Below, one piece after another: positions 36,432 through 45,704 of a DNA stretch of 59,243 nt. The DNA lies in the NCBI GenBank assembly GCA_029260235.1, contig JAJDDP010000112.1, positions 1 through 59,243 on the forward strand, given 5' to 3'. The position numbers and the translations under genes were made by a program. The stretch's first letter is position 1. Every line of letters begins with the position of its first letter. The stretch is from Phycisphaerae bacterium. GTDB lineage: Bacteria; Planctomycetota; Phycisphaerae; UBA1845. The notes beneath the pieces are model-generated. The model searched no databases and had not been told where the DNA came from. It saw nothing but the letters and a program-made list of their open reading frames with translations.

Positions 36432-37139
36432 TTGTCAAGCCAACCATTGGGCGGTCCAATGTGGGCTATGAGTGACTATCCGCCATCGCCCGCTGCCCCG
36501 GTCGAATACGCAGGGTACAATCAGCCTAATTCGCCTCAGGCAACCAGCTCAGCCGCAGTGGCTGGCTTCGTCTGCTCGCTGGTTTGCTGCGTCCCCATTT
36601 TGACCCAGCTAGCAGGGTTTATTCTGGGAATCATCGGCATAGCCAACACCTCGGCCGGCAAAGCCCGCGGCAGGTGGATGGCGGTCTCCGCACTGATAAT
36701 CTCACCCTTGGTGGCGATTGGATGGGTAGTTGCCACCGTGATCTTGGTCAAGCTCACCTTCGGGATGATGGGCTTAGCCATGAAGCTAGAGCCCGTGCTC
36801 GCAGCTACAGAAGCTAATCTCCCTGCGTTGGTCAGCCAACTCCACGAGAACGCGTTCTCCAGCAGGCTTCAGGTACGCGTGGATGAAGAAGCGGTATTGG
36901 CCTTCCTTGGCGGAGTGAAGCGTGAGTACGGCAGCATCGTCAGCCTGACAGGAAATCCGCAAGCCCCGATTTCCAGTTCGCCCGACGCACAATCAAGCAT
37001 TATCCAACTGGATGCCAGCTTCGAGAAGGACGGCACCCAAAGCGAAATCGAGGTCGAGGTGACGCTGGGATTTGACGGTTACACGCCGAAGATCGACAAC
37101 ATCAAGATTGGCGAGTTGGAGCTCGCTCCAGAGCAGTAG
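36432..37139 (+). CDS. Hypothetical membrane protein, DUF4190-like (Pro-rich N-terminus, two TM helices, C-terminal soluble domain).
   Basis: N-terminal YPPSPAAPVEYAGYNQP. TM helices AAVAGFVCSLVCCVPILTQLAGFILGIIGIA and WMAVSALIISPLVAIGWVVATVILV. Confidence 0.5.
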   Translation: MSSQPLGGPMWAMSDYPPSPAAPVEYAGYNQPNSPQATSSAAVAGFVCSLVCCVPILTQLAGFILGIIGIANTSAGKARGRWMAVSALIISPLVAIGWVVATVILVKLTFGMMGLAMKLEPVLAATEANLPALVSQLHENAFSSRLQVRVDEEAVLAFLGGVKREYGSIVSLTGNPQAPISSSPDAQSSIIQLDASFEKDGTQSEIEVEVTLGFDGYTPKIDNIKIGELELAPEQ

Positions 37140-37332
37140 TCGGTGGTTTCCTGCCCCAAACCTGCGGTTATCGGCCCATTACCGCCGAAGTAGCGGCCGT
37201 CCAACCTCACACGGGGTTGCCGACACAAATGTAGGCCAATCATTGTTGTCTCCTCCGGCGCGAGTTCCTATACTGCCCGATTCAAGTTGGGGTCAATTTT
37301 TGAGTTTTTTTTGCATGACAGGAAAGTGAACC

Positions 37333-37938
37333 GTGACGGAAATTAAAGCAACGAATATCACATGGCATGAGGGACACGTCGGACGCGAAGAGCGCGAAGG
37401 TATGCTCAAGCAGAAGGGCGCCCTCATTTGGATGACCGGTTTTAGCGGCTCGGGGAAGAGCACCGTAGCCTATACGCTCGAGCATGCCCTCGTTCAGCAG
37501 GGCCGTCTCGCTTATGTGCTCGATGGCGACAACGTCCGCCATGGCCTCAACAAGAACCTGGGCTTTAGCGCCGAGGACCGTACCGAAAACATCCGCCGCA
37601 TTGGTGAAGTCGGAAAGCTTTTCGTGGACGCCGGCATCATCACCATTACCGCATTCATCAGCCCGTACCGCGCTGACCGCGACCAGGTACGCGAGCTGTT
37701 CGGCGCCGACGATTTCTTCGAGATTTTCTGCCACGCACCACTCGATGTCTGCGAAGAGCGTGACCCGAAGGGCCTGTACAAGAAAGCCCGCGCCGGCGAG
37801 ATCAAAGGCTTCACCGGCATTGACGACCCCTACGAGGAGCCGACGAAGCCCGAATTGATCATCCCGACCCACGAGCTATCGCCGCAAGAATCCTCGATCA
37901 AGCTGATCGAAATGCTAGAGGCCAAAGGCAAGCTGTAG
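37333..37938 (+). CDS. cysC: Adenylyl-sulfate (APS) kinase CysC.
   Basis: P-loop GFSGSGKST. LDGDNVRHGLNKNLGFSAEDRTENIRRIGEV and FISPYRADR signatures. GTG start preceded by AGGAAAG. Confidence 0.9.
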   Translation: MTEIKATNITWHEGHVGREEREGMLKQKGALIWMTGFSGSGKSTVAYTLEHALVQQGRLAYVLDGDNVRHGLNKNLGFSAEDRTENIRRIGEVGKLFVDAGIITITAFISPYRADRDQVRELFGADDFFEIFCHAPLDVCEERDPKGLYKKARAGEIKGFTGIDDPYEEPTKPELIIPTHELSPQESSIKLIEMLEAKGKL

Positions 37939-37967
37939 GCAAGCCGTAGGCAAGCCGTAGGCAAGCC
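37927..37967. repeat. Direct tandem repeat of an 11-bp unit GTAGGCAAGCC (3 full copies plus a partial) that spans the cysC stop codon.
   Basis: Read directly: ggcaagct gtaggcaagcc gtaggcaagcc gtaggcaagcc tcacggg. The 11-nt period places TAG in all three frames. Coordinates are accurate to about +/-1. Confidence 0.7.
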
Positions 37968-38017
37968 TCACGGGCGAGTAGCAAGACAACAGCCCAAGCA
38001 GCGGGCACGGCTGATAA

Positions 38018-38545
38018 TTATCCCCAAGCCTCAGCGATGGCGCTTGGGGATTTTTCGTTGGCCGATTCTATCGCGAGAAGGCAGCGCTTCATGTCAAGGC
38101 CGTTGAGGTAGCCGGTTAAGGCGCCGCCTTTGCCCAGCACGCGGTGACACGGAACGATGATTGAAATCGGGTTCTGGTTCATGGCTCCCCCTACCGCACG
38201 ACTTGCACCGGCCCGGCCCATCGCCCTGGCAATGGTGCCATAGGTTGTGGTTGTGCCGTACTTCACCCTACAAAGCAGTTTCCAAGCCTGCTCTTGGAAC
38301 GGTGTACCGATCAACTCAAGCGGCAACGAGAACTCCCGCAGTTCTCCGGCGAAATAGGCTGCCAATTGCCCGTGGGTCTCGCCAAACTCGTCATCGGCTC
38401 GCCGCCACGACTCATCCGGGGCGAACTTTCCGTCGCTTGTCATCACCCGTGCGTGACGGATTTGTCCATCGATGGCTGCAATCACCAGCGTCCCGAAAGG
38501 AGTTTCAAACGTCGTAAACATTGTTGATTCAGCATTCATGATCAA
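38018..38545 (-). CDS. ogt: Methylated-DNA-[protein]-cysteine S-methyltransferase (Ogt/MGMT).
   Basis: Active-site IVPCHRVLGKGG. HTH YGTTTTYGTIARAMG. The start overlaps the stop of upstream ada-alkA (ATGA). Confidence 0.85.
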   Translation of the reverse strand: MIMNAESTMFTTFETPFGTLVIAAIDGQIRHARVMTSDGKFAPDESWRRADDEFGETHGQLAAYFAGELREFSLPLELIGTPFQEQAWKLLCRVKYGTTTTYGTIARAMGRAGASRAVGGAMNQNPISIIVPCHRVLGKGGALTGYLNGLDMKRCLLAIESANEKSPSAIAEAWG

Positions 38546-39987
38546 TCCTCAGATAAACTCATCCACAGGTGCATGGCTGCATAAGCACGCCACGGGCGCC
38601 AGGGTTCGGACGCCGTGATAATGTCGCTGGCACGCTTCACGCCCAGCGCTTGTTTGATGCCCAAGTCAGATTCAAGAAATGCGTCGGGCCAATGATGTGC
38701 CCGCATAGTGATGTAGGACGCCGTCCAAGGCCCGATTCCGGTGATCGCAAGCAGTCGGTCAGTCGTGCGCTGAATCGGAGCACCCGGGCAAAGCAGCGTT
38801 GGCTCATGCAGGCAAGTGGAGGCAAGCCCGCGCAGCGAGGACGCCCGCGCCAACGGCAACCCGATCTCGGCAATATCTTCTACCCCAATGGCCAAGACTG
38901 CCTCAGGTGTGGGGCTTAGTCGAGTGAGTTCTTTGAAGGGAGTCTCGGCAGGCTCGCCAAACTGTTCGGCAAAGCGTCCTGCAAGCGTGCTGGCACCCCG
39001 AACTGAGATTTGCTGCCCGAGGATGGCTCGCCAAGCCAGCTCAAACCCGTCGAATGCGCCTGGGACCCGCAGCCCCGGCCGCCGTGCTACGAGTTTTGCG
39101 AGCAGCGCGTGGTCGGCAAGGTGTTCATCGATCACGTCAGGACGGGCATGGAGGTCAAATAGATCCCGCAGCCGGGCGAGCAGCAGCTGGAGCGCCGGAG
39201 CGAGGGTCGAAGAGACGCGGACAACGAGCGAGTTGCTCTCTCCGTTTCGAGCGACTTCGACCCAGCCGGAGTACTCGCCAAGGACTACCGTTCGCCGGTA
39301 GCTGCCCGCATGCACCGCTTCCACGCCGCTGATCGCTCGACGCTCGATGAACTTCAGAAGATCCTCCCAGGCGAATGGCGGCCTGTACGACAATCGCAGC
39401 GTCAACGACTCGCCCACTTGTTTGACAGCCCCGCGCTGTCTTAGGCGGCTCGGGGGCATGCAGTAATGCGTGGCGAACGATTCATTGAACCGACGTACGC
39501 TGGAAAACCCGCTGGCGAAGGCGACCCGCGTTACAGAGAGATCCGTTTCGGTCAACAGCTGCTTGGCAAGAAGCAAGCGAGAGGTCTGGGCCAGCTGAAT
39601 CGGCGATGCCCCGGTCCCCTCGCGCACGATGCGGCGAAGCTGGCGAGAACAGAGGTCAAAATCTGCGGCCAGGGCCTCCACGTCCGCTTCTCCGTTTAGG
39701 CACCCCTCCTGGATTCGGGCAACGATGCCCGAGACGGTGGCAGCCCGCTCTTCGTAAGGTGCGACGGTGGGCGCGCGTTCCGGGCGACAGCGCATGCAGG
39801 GTCGATACCCATCAAGCTCAGCCGCCGCGGCGGTGACGTAGAAGGTGCAGCTCTTTCGCCGGGCCTTCTTGGCTGGGCATACGGGGCGGCAGTAAATCCC
39901 CGTGGTCGAGATGCCCACAAAGAACAATCCATCAAACCGCCGGTCACTGGCGAGCAACGCCTTGTAGCAAACATCCGCATCCAACAT
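38542..39987 (-). CDS. Ada-like bifunctional regulator/repair protein. It fuses an N-terminal Ada Zn-methylphosphotriester methyltransferase domain, an AraC-type HTH, and a C-terminal AlkA-type DNA-3-methyladenine glycosylase II (HhH-GPD).
   Basis: N-terminus LLASDRRFDGLFFVGISTTGIYCRPVCPAKKARRKSCTFY...YRPCMRCRP (Cys4 Ada_Zn_binding). AraC HTH RIVREGTGASPIQLAQTSRLLLAKQLL...SGFSSVRRFNESF. C-terminal HhH GIGPWTASYITMRA. Mycobacterium tuberculosis has the same AdaA-AlkA fusion plus a separate ogt. Confidence 0.8.
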   Translation of the reverse strand: MLDADVCYKALLASDRRFDGLFFVGISTTGIYCRPVCPAKKARRKSCTFYVTAAAAELDGYRPCMRCRPERAPTVAPYEERAATVSGIVARIQEGCLNGEADVEALAADFDLCSRQLRRIVREGTGASPIQLAQTSRLLLAKQLLTETDLSVTRVAFASGFSSVRRFNESFATHYCMPPSRLRQRGAVKQVGESLTLRLSYRPPFAWEDLLKFIERRAISGVEAVHAGSYRRTVVLGEYSGWVEVARNGESNSLVVRVSSTLAPALQLLLARLRDLFDLHARPDVIDEHLADHALLAKLVARRPGLRVPGAFDGFELAWRAILGQQISVRGASTLAGRFAEQFGEPAETPFKELTRLSPTPEAVLAIGVEDIAEIGLPLARASSLRGLASTCLHEPTLLCPGAPIQRTTDRLLAITGIGPWTASYITMRAHHWPDAFLESDLGIKQALGVKRASDIITASEPWRPWRAYAAMHLWMSLSED

Positions 39988-40180
39988 GGCGGCCTATTCT
40001 AGCAGGATGCGAACCGGCAACTAGCGGTTTTCGGACATCGTTTCCTATCCGTCCGAAACGCCGACACGCTCTGTCTGCATGTCCGAGATCAGCCAGCTCA
40101 ACCTTGCAGCGGCAGTCAGACCAGATAGCATCGACCGACTGAAGGTTGATTTCGATCTGAATCGTTGAGGAGATGGTGTC

Positions 40181-40984
40181 ATGGGGATCCTGGATAGCGT
40201 CAAGCAAACTTTCAACATCGCAGGCTCCGAAATCAGCGTGCTGATCGACGACGATGTGTACTCACAAGGTGGTGTGGTAACGGGCAAGTTTCTCATCAAA
40301 GGCGGGCAGTACGAGCAAGATGTTCGATCCATCCGTCTGGAACTCAAAGAGTTCTGGACCGAGACTCGCTCGTCTGGCAAAAACACCACCACGGTCACCG
40401 TGTACGAGACGCACCAGACCGTGGACCTAGCTGGGGCAACCGCCATCGAACGCCACTCAGAGCAGGAGTACAGGTTCGAGGTTCGCCTGCCGACGAACGC
40501 CCGCGTCTCGACTACGCACACAGGTTGGCTGCTGAAGGTCCACCTCGATGTCCCTAAGGCGATCGACCCTTCCGGCGAGCTCAAGCTCACCGTCCAGCCT
40601 GCCGCAGAGCTACTGGCCATCGTCGAAGCGTGTGAGACGTCGATGCGGTTCGAGGAGAGTCTCCGTCACCGCCGCTGGGATGCCAAGACTACCGCCACCC
40701 GCTTTCGCCTCCTCCCTCCTGAAGTGCTCAAGTCGGAATTGGACTACCTGCGGCTTGAACTCAAGATGGGGGAGGACGGCTCAGTCAGCGGCACGCTCGT
40801 CTTCGACCTGCAAGAGAAGAGCATAGGCGACTATTTCAAAGCCCTCGTCAACAAAGACCAGGTCAAGCGACCGTTGAACCTCAGCCGCGAGCAAGTCCTG
40901 GCCGACGACGGTGGGCCGAACACATTGGCCATCAGCAAAGTGATCGGCGACGCCGTCCAGGAGGTCGTCGAGCAGCGGCAGTAG
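40181..40984 (+). CDS. SpoOM family protein (Spo0M-like sporulation-control protein homolog).
   Basis: N-terminus MGILDSVKQTFNIAGSEISVLIDDDVYSQGGVVTGKFLIKGGQYEQDVRSIRLEL matches the SpoOM pattern (MGFFDKLK...VDTVLDKDEY.PGE.V.G...I.GG...Q.I..I.L.L). Confidence 0.65.
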   Translation: MGILDSVKQTFNIAGSEISVLIDDDVYSQGGVVTGKFLIKGGQYEQDVRSIRLELKEFWTETRSSGKNTTTVTVYETHQTVDLAGATAIERHSEQEYRFEVRLPTNARVSTTHTGWLLKVHLDVPKAIDPSGELKLTVQPAAELLAIVEACETSMRFEESLRHRRWDAKTTATRFRLLPPEVLKSELDYLRLELKMGEDGSVSGTLVFDLQEKSIGDYFKALVNKDQVKRPLNLSREQVLADDGGPNTLAISKVIGDAVQEVVEQRQ

Positions 40985-41054
40985 TGACAACGGATTCGGA
41001 GCCGCTCATGGTAGGGGCTGGTGCGCAGGTCTAGCGAGAACCTGCGATGCGGTT

Positions 41055-41459
41055 TCAAGACTCTTCATCCCTGGCGGAACACTGCCAGCAGTTCGAGAAG
41101 TGGCCTTCGATCTCTTCGCCGCATGTGGGGCAGACCCAGAGGGTCGGCCTATAGAACTTTTGGCCGCATTCTGGGCAGCGGGGTTCCGGTAGCCCGGCGA
41201 GGTCATAGCCACATTTTCCGCAGTGCGAGGGGTTGGTGTCACGCCGTAGGTCCACATCAGCCAACAACCGACTCGCGGTCTCCAACTCCTGGTCAGCAAC
41301 CACCCACACGGTGGCAGACGAATAGGTGCCCGGACCCAGCTCTGCTCGCCCGTCGGACAGCAACTCGCCCTGAACCACAGCCTCAATCCCATGCTCCTCC
41401 AAGTAGCCACGGATCAGGTGGGCTTCAGCCGAAGTCGTTGTTGATCGGACCTGCTTCAT
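41055..41459 (-). CDS. DUF2007-domain protein fused to two C-terminal zinc ribbons.
   Basis: AEAHLIRGYLEEHGIEAVVQGE (DUF2007-like) followed by CGKCGYDL...CPECG and CPTCGEE...CWQC. Confidence 0.5.
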   Translation of the reverse strand: MKQVRSTTTSAEAHLIRGYLEEHGIEAVVQGELLSDGRAELGPGTYSSATVWVVADQELETASRLLADVDLRRDTNPSHCGKCGYDLAGLPEPRCPECGQKFYRPTLWVCPTCGEEIEGHFSNCWQCSARDEES

Positions 41460-41511
41460 TGGGGGGTGCTCCTAACAAAACCAGGCTACGCCGTCGTAGC
41501 AGCGTGCCCGC

Positions 41512-44151
41512 CTACTTCCCGCTCTTGGTCTTGAATAGGGCTTGGGCTGCCGGCGATTCCTTCATGGGTAAGGTCAGTCGCCTTTTGCCGTCGTACGCAT
41601 ACAACGCGCTGGCTACGGCTGGGGCGGTGGGGACCAGGCCTATCTCGCCTACTCCTCTGGCGCCGTAGGCGCACTCGGGGTCGGGCTCTTCTATGAGGAT
41701 GACCTCGACCTCGGGCATGTGCGACGCCCGCAGCACGCGGCAAGACTTGATATCCTTGTTGACCAGTTCGGCCCCTTGGGTGGGGAAGTCTTCGGTCAGG
41801 GCGTAACCCAGGCCCATGTGGACTGCGCCTTCCAACTGGCCTTCCAGCAGGGTGGGGTTGATGGCTTTGCCTACGTCGTGGGCAGCGACAACCTTTGACA
41901 CTCTTCCGTCGTCATTGAGGATGGCGACCTGCGTAGCGAACCCGTAGGTCAGGTGCGTCTTGGGTTCAGGCACGTCAGCGCCCAACTTATGGGTATCGGT
42001 GCAGGCCCATGAGCCGTGGTAGGTTTTGCCGTTCAAATTTGCCAGCGACTTGCCAGCCGCAAGATCTGCCCTCAAACCCTTGGCAGCTTCGATGATCGCC
42101 GCTGTGGATAACACCGTCCCGCGGCTGCCCGTGGTTTGGCCGCTGGCTAACTCTTCGCTGGTGTCGGTAGTCACCCGGAAGGTTTCCGACGGTAAGCCCG
42201 TTTCTTCGACGGCGGTTTGCAGACAGACGGTGAACAATCCCTGGCCCATTTCAGTAAAGCCGATCCGCACGGTGATTTTCTCGTCTTGATCCACCATCAG
42301 AGCAGCTTTGCAACCGTCAGCCAGTCCATTACCGATGCCAACGTTCTTGATGCCGCAGGCAATACCGGCATGCTTGGCGTTGCGGTAGGCATCCTTGACC
42401 GCCAGCAACGTCTTCTTGAGGCCAAACGGTTTGATCATCTTTTGACCGGTCGCAAAGCGGTCGCCGATCTCCATCACGTTCCGCCAGCGCATCTCCCAAC
42501 CATCGATGCCCACCTTCTCAGCCAGCATGTCCATGCATGATTCAATGCCGAAGGCAGCCTGGTTCGCCCCGAAGCCTCGCATGGCTCCGCACGGCGGATT
42601 GTTGGTGTAGACGCACTTGGCTTCCAGGTCGATGTTGTCGACGCGGTAAGGCCCTGCGGCGTGGCCTCCCGCCCGTTCGAGCACCTTGGCACCCACCGAG
42701 GCATAAGCGCCGGTGTCGCCGATCATTCGGGCATGGACGGCCGTCAAGTGCCCGTCCTGGTCACACCCTACGCGGTAGTGCATCTCGATCGGATGTCGCT
42801 TGGGATGCACGCGGAAGCTCTGCCCTCTGGTCAAGGTCACCTTGACGGGAGCGTCGCAAAGTAGAGCAGCCAAAGCGGTCTGGGCTTGGATGCTCATGTC
42901 CTCTTTGCCACCAAAGGCGCCGCCATTGGCTACCAGATCAACGCGGACCTTCGATTCGTCGACGCCTAGCATGCTAGCGATTTGTCGCCGATCGTCGAAA
43001 ACGCCTTGGCCTTGCGAATAGACCTGGACGCCATCTGTTCCCAGCGGATGGGCTAGGCAGCTTTCTGGCTCCAAGTACAGATGCTCGATCCGCTGGGTGC
43101 TAAACGTCCCCTCAACCACATGGGTGGAGTGGGTTAACGCTGCTTCGGCATCTCCTCGCTGGATGCGGGCAACCGACAGCAGGTTGCCGCCGGGGTGGAC
43201 GAGCGGGGCGTCAGGCGCGAGGGCTGCGTGTGCGTCAGCCACAGGTTCGAGCACTTCGTAATCAATCTGAATCGCCTCAGTTGCTGCTTGGGCATGACGC
43301 ACGGTATCAGCCACGACAACGGCTAACACGTCGCCGATGCATCGCGTTTCCTGTCCTACGGAGACAAAGACGGGCCAATCCTTCTCGATCAATCCGACCA
43401 CCGGATCGCCAGGCACGTCAACAGCAGTGATGATCCGGCAAACGCCTGGCATGGCTGAGGCTGTGGAGGCATCGATCTTGTTGACCTTCGCCCGAGGATG
43501 ATCAGCCAGCCTCACCGCACCGTGCAGCATGCCTTCCATGCGCATGTCATCGACGTAAGGTCTATCCCCGATGGCGGTGATCGCCCCATCGTAACGGTCC
43601 AACCGGCTGCCTACTCTTCCGGACGTGTCACCTTCTGGCATAACTTCGCCCCGCCGAACTCCTGCGTACATCTCGATGGCATCGAGGATCTTGGTGTATC
43701 CGGTGCAGCGGCAGAGATGGGCACGCAGGCCGTGGGCGATTTCGTCGCGTGAAGGGTTAGGCCTATTCTCCACGAAGTCCACCGCCCGGTTGATGATCCC
43801 GGGAATGCAGAAGCCACACTGCACCGCCCCGCAGCGGACGAAGCACTGCGAAATCTGTTGGCGAACGTCTTGGGGCAAGCCCTCGTTGGTGACGATCTCT
43901 TTGCCAGCCATCTTCTTGGCTGGGAGCACGCAACTCAGCGCCGGTTTGCCATCGACCATGACCGTGCAGCAGCCGCACGATGCCTGAGGCTGACACCCGT
44001 TCTTGGGCGAAGTAACGCCAAGCCGCTCGCGCAGCACGTCCAGCAGCGTCTCGCCCTCTTCAAATGAAGAGGAAACCGGTTGGCCATTCAAAGTAAAGGC
44101 CACCGCGTGCGTTGCATCTACCGATGAGGCGCTATCGTGCATCCGATCCAA
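41512..44151 (-). CDS. Molybdopterin-dependent aldehyde oxidoreductase / xanthine dehydrogenase family protein, single-chain MOP type (N-terminal 2x[2Fe-2S] domains + Mo-binding domains, no FAD domain).
   Basis: Plant-type ferredoxin Cys cluster ASCGCCTVMVDGKPALSC. Second 2Fe-2S QCGFCIPG. Ald_Xan_dh hammerhead and Mo-pterin domains (GFGGKE-like AFGGKED; GQGLFT). 879 aa. Confidence 0.85.
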   Translation of the reverse strand: MDRMHDSASSVDATHAVAFTLNGQPVSSSFEEGETLLDVLRERLGVTSPKNGCQPQASCGCCTVMVDGKPALSCVLPAKKMAGKEIVTNEGLPQDVRQQISQCFVRCGAVQCGFCIPGIINRAVDFVENRPNPSRDEIAHGLRAHLCRCTGYTKILDAIEMYAGVRRGEVMPEGDTSGRVGSRLDRYDGAITAIGDRPYVDDMRMEGMLHGAVRLADHPRAKVNKIDASTASAMPGVCRIITAVDVPGDPVVGLIEKDWPVFVSVGQETRCIGDVLAVVVADTVRHAQAATEAIQIDYEVLEPVADAHAALAPDAPLVHPGGNLLSVARIQRGDAEAALTHSTHVVEGTFSTQRIEHLYLEPESCLAHPLGTDGVQVYSQGQGVFDDRRQIASMLGVDESKVRVDLVANGGAFGGKEDMSIQAQTALAALLCDAPVKVTLTRGQSFRVHPKRHPIEMHYRVGCDQDGHLTAVHARMIGDTGAYASVGAKVLERAGGHAAGPYRVDNIDLEAKCVYTNNPPCGAMRGFGANQAAFGIESCMDMLAEKVGIDGWEMRWRNVMEIGDRFATGQKMIKPFGLKKTLLAVKDAYRNAKHAGIACGIKNVGIGNGLADGCKAALMVDQDEKITVRIGFTEMGQGLFTVCLQTAVEETGLPSETFRVTTDTSEELASGQTTGSRGTVLSTAAIIEAAKGLRADLAAGKSLANLNGKTYHGSWACTDTHKLGADVPEPKTHLTYGFATQVAILNDDGRVSKVVAAHDVGKAINPTLLEGQLEGAVHMGLGYALTEDFPTQGAELVNKDIKSCRVLRASHMPEVEVILIEEPDPECAYGARGVGEIGLVPTAPAVASALYAYDGKRRLTLPMKESPAAQALFKTKSGK

Positions 44152-44246
44152 CTCCCAAGGAATGTTGCCCGCTTACAATCTTCCCATGGTAGCAGATCTG
44201 CAAGATCGCTTCGACCGCCCTCCGCGAATTAGCGCCCCAATCTGCA

Positions 44247-45599
44247 CTACGGCTTCTTGGACGGCGAAGGATCCGCACCCGTCGCTGTCGCCTTGCCGCC
44301 GTTGCCGAGGTTGCCTGCTATCCCCTGGGTCAATGCCCGAAGGTCGATGCCCAGCACACTGTCGAGCGTGGCTAGGGTTTCGGTCATCATGCGGGCGCGA
44401 CCCATTGCCCCGCCGGCGATGGCTTTGCCTTCGCCGCTGTCGATGACGGTCACGTTGCCCAGATCGATGTTGGCCACCGTGCTGGTGATGTCGCCCATAA
44501 CCTCGGGCAGCATCTCGGTCAGCATGACCTTGAGCGCATCTGGATGGGCTTGGATGGCTTTGCCGATCAATTCGATCGAAGCCGCTCGAGCTTTGCCTTC
44601 TTCAAATACCGAGGCGGCATCACCCTCTGCTTTAGCTTTGGCGACGTCGCGGGCGGCGTTGGCCTGGGTGACGTCGGTTGCGTTGAGCCGGGCCTCCTCA
44701 GCCTCGGCGGCGGCCTTGTTCCGCTCGGCTTCTTTGAACGAGGCTTCCTTGGCCAATTCTGCTTTACGAATACGCAGGGCGTTTTCCGATTCGGCGATGA
44801 ACTTGTCTGCGCCCAGGCGGGCTTCCTCTGATTTCTGGCGACCCAGCGCCTCTGCCGTCTTGGCTTCGGCATCCTGCTGGGCCTGAGCCGTCCGCGCTTG
44901 AGCGGTGGCCTCAGCTTCGCGAATATCAGCTTCGGATTTCTTCTGGGCTTCGTACTGTCTCGCTTCGGCGCGGACCTGCGCCGATGCTTTTCGGGCGATG
45001 GACTCTAGGTATTGATCGCCATCGTGAACGTTCTGAATGTTCACGCTGTCGATGACCATGCCCAGCTTGCGGAAGTCGTCCACGACTTCATTGAGCACGG
45101 TGCTGACGAATTTGTCGCGGTCACTGACGATCTCTTCGGGCGTCATTTTGCCCATGACCGCCCGCAGGCCTCCCTCAAGCGTTTCCCGGGCAACGCGCTC
45201 CATCTCTTTTTGAGGCTGGCCCAGGAATCGTTCGATGGCGTTGCCCATAAGGCCTTCATCGGAGGATACCTTGACGTTGGCTACCCCGGTCACCGTCACG
45301 GGGATCATCTTCCCACCGCCGGATTGGGCGTTGACTTCCAGGCTAACCTGCATGTTTCTCAGGCTAATCGAAGCTACCTCTTCGATGATGGGGATGACCA
45401 TGGTTCGTCCACCCACCAAAGTGCGATAGCCTCGACCCTCGTCGCTGCGCTTTCCGCTAATGACCAACAGTTCGCTCGGATTCCCGACGACCATCAGCTT
45501 GGCTACCAATGCCAAAAACGCGATGATGATGAAGAGAATGCCGCCGCCAATGACCACGGTTGTATTCAAGAGACTCGCTGCAAGAATGAACGTCTGCAT
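44247..45599 (-). CDS. Flotillin-like SPFH/band-7 domain protein (YqiK/FloT-like).
   Basis: N-terminal TM FILAASLLNTTVVIGGGILFIIIAFLALVA. SPFH domain. Long Ala/Glu/Lys-rich coiled-coil flotillin repeats (AQARTAQAQQDAEAKTAEALGRQKSEEA...). Confidence 0.8.
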   Translation of the reverse strand: MQTFILAASLLNTTVVIGGGILFIIIAFLALVAKLMVVGNPSELLVISGKRSDEGRGYRTLVGGRTMVIPIIEEVASISLRNMQVSLEVNAQSGGGKMIPVTVTGVANVKVSSDEGLMGNAIERFLGQPQKEMERVARETLEGGLRAVMGKMTPEEIVSDRDKFVSTVLNEVVDDFRKLGMVIDSVNIQNVHDGDQYLESIARKASAQVRAEARQYEAQKKSEADIREAEATAQARTAQAQQDAEAKTAEALGRQKSEEARLGADKFIAESENALRIRKAELAKEASFKEAERNKAAAEAEEARLNATDVTQANAARDVAKAKAEGDAASVFEEGKARAASIELIGKAIQAHPDALKVMLTEMLPEVMGDITSTVANIDLGNVTVIDSGEGKAIAGGAMGRARMMTETLATLDSVLGIDLRALTQGIAGNLGNGGKATATGADPSPSKKP

Positions 45600-45704
45600 G
45601 GTGCCACCTCCCTTATCTATGGTTGTTCTGTGTTGCTCCCGGCGACCAGCCTGCAGGGCGTGCAGAAAGTCTCGTAGCCGGCTTCTCCCCCGCCTCTGGT
45701 GCCG

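Noticed and set aside
37140-37332. T8 tract (gagttttttttgc) upstream of cysC as terminator or riboswitch element
   Set aside because: No GC-rich stem immediately precedes the T-run, and no SAM/cysteine-riboswitch-like conserved core was seen. It is probably just an AT-rich promoter-proximal segment.
38816-39332. Plus-strand Ser/Arg/Ala-rich ORFs (161 aa and 92 aa)
   Set aside because: They are antisense to the Ada-AlkA gene and have typical GC-rich spurious-frame composition.
44257-44886. 209-aa plus-strand Ala/Ser-rich ORF
   Set aside because: It is antisense to the flotillin coiled-coil region (the mirror of its Ala/Glu/Lys repeats).
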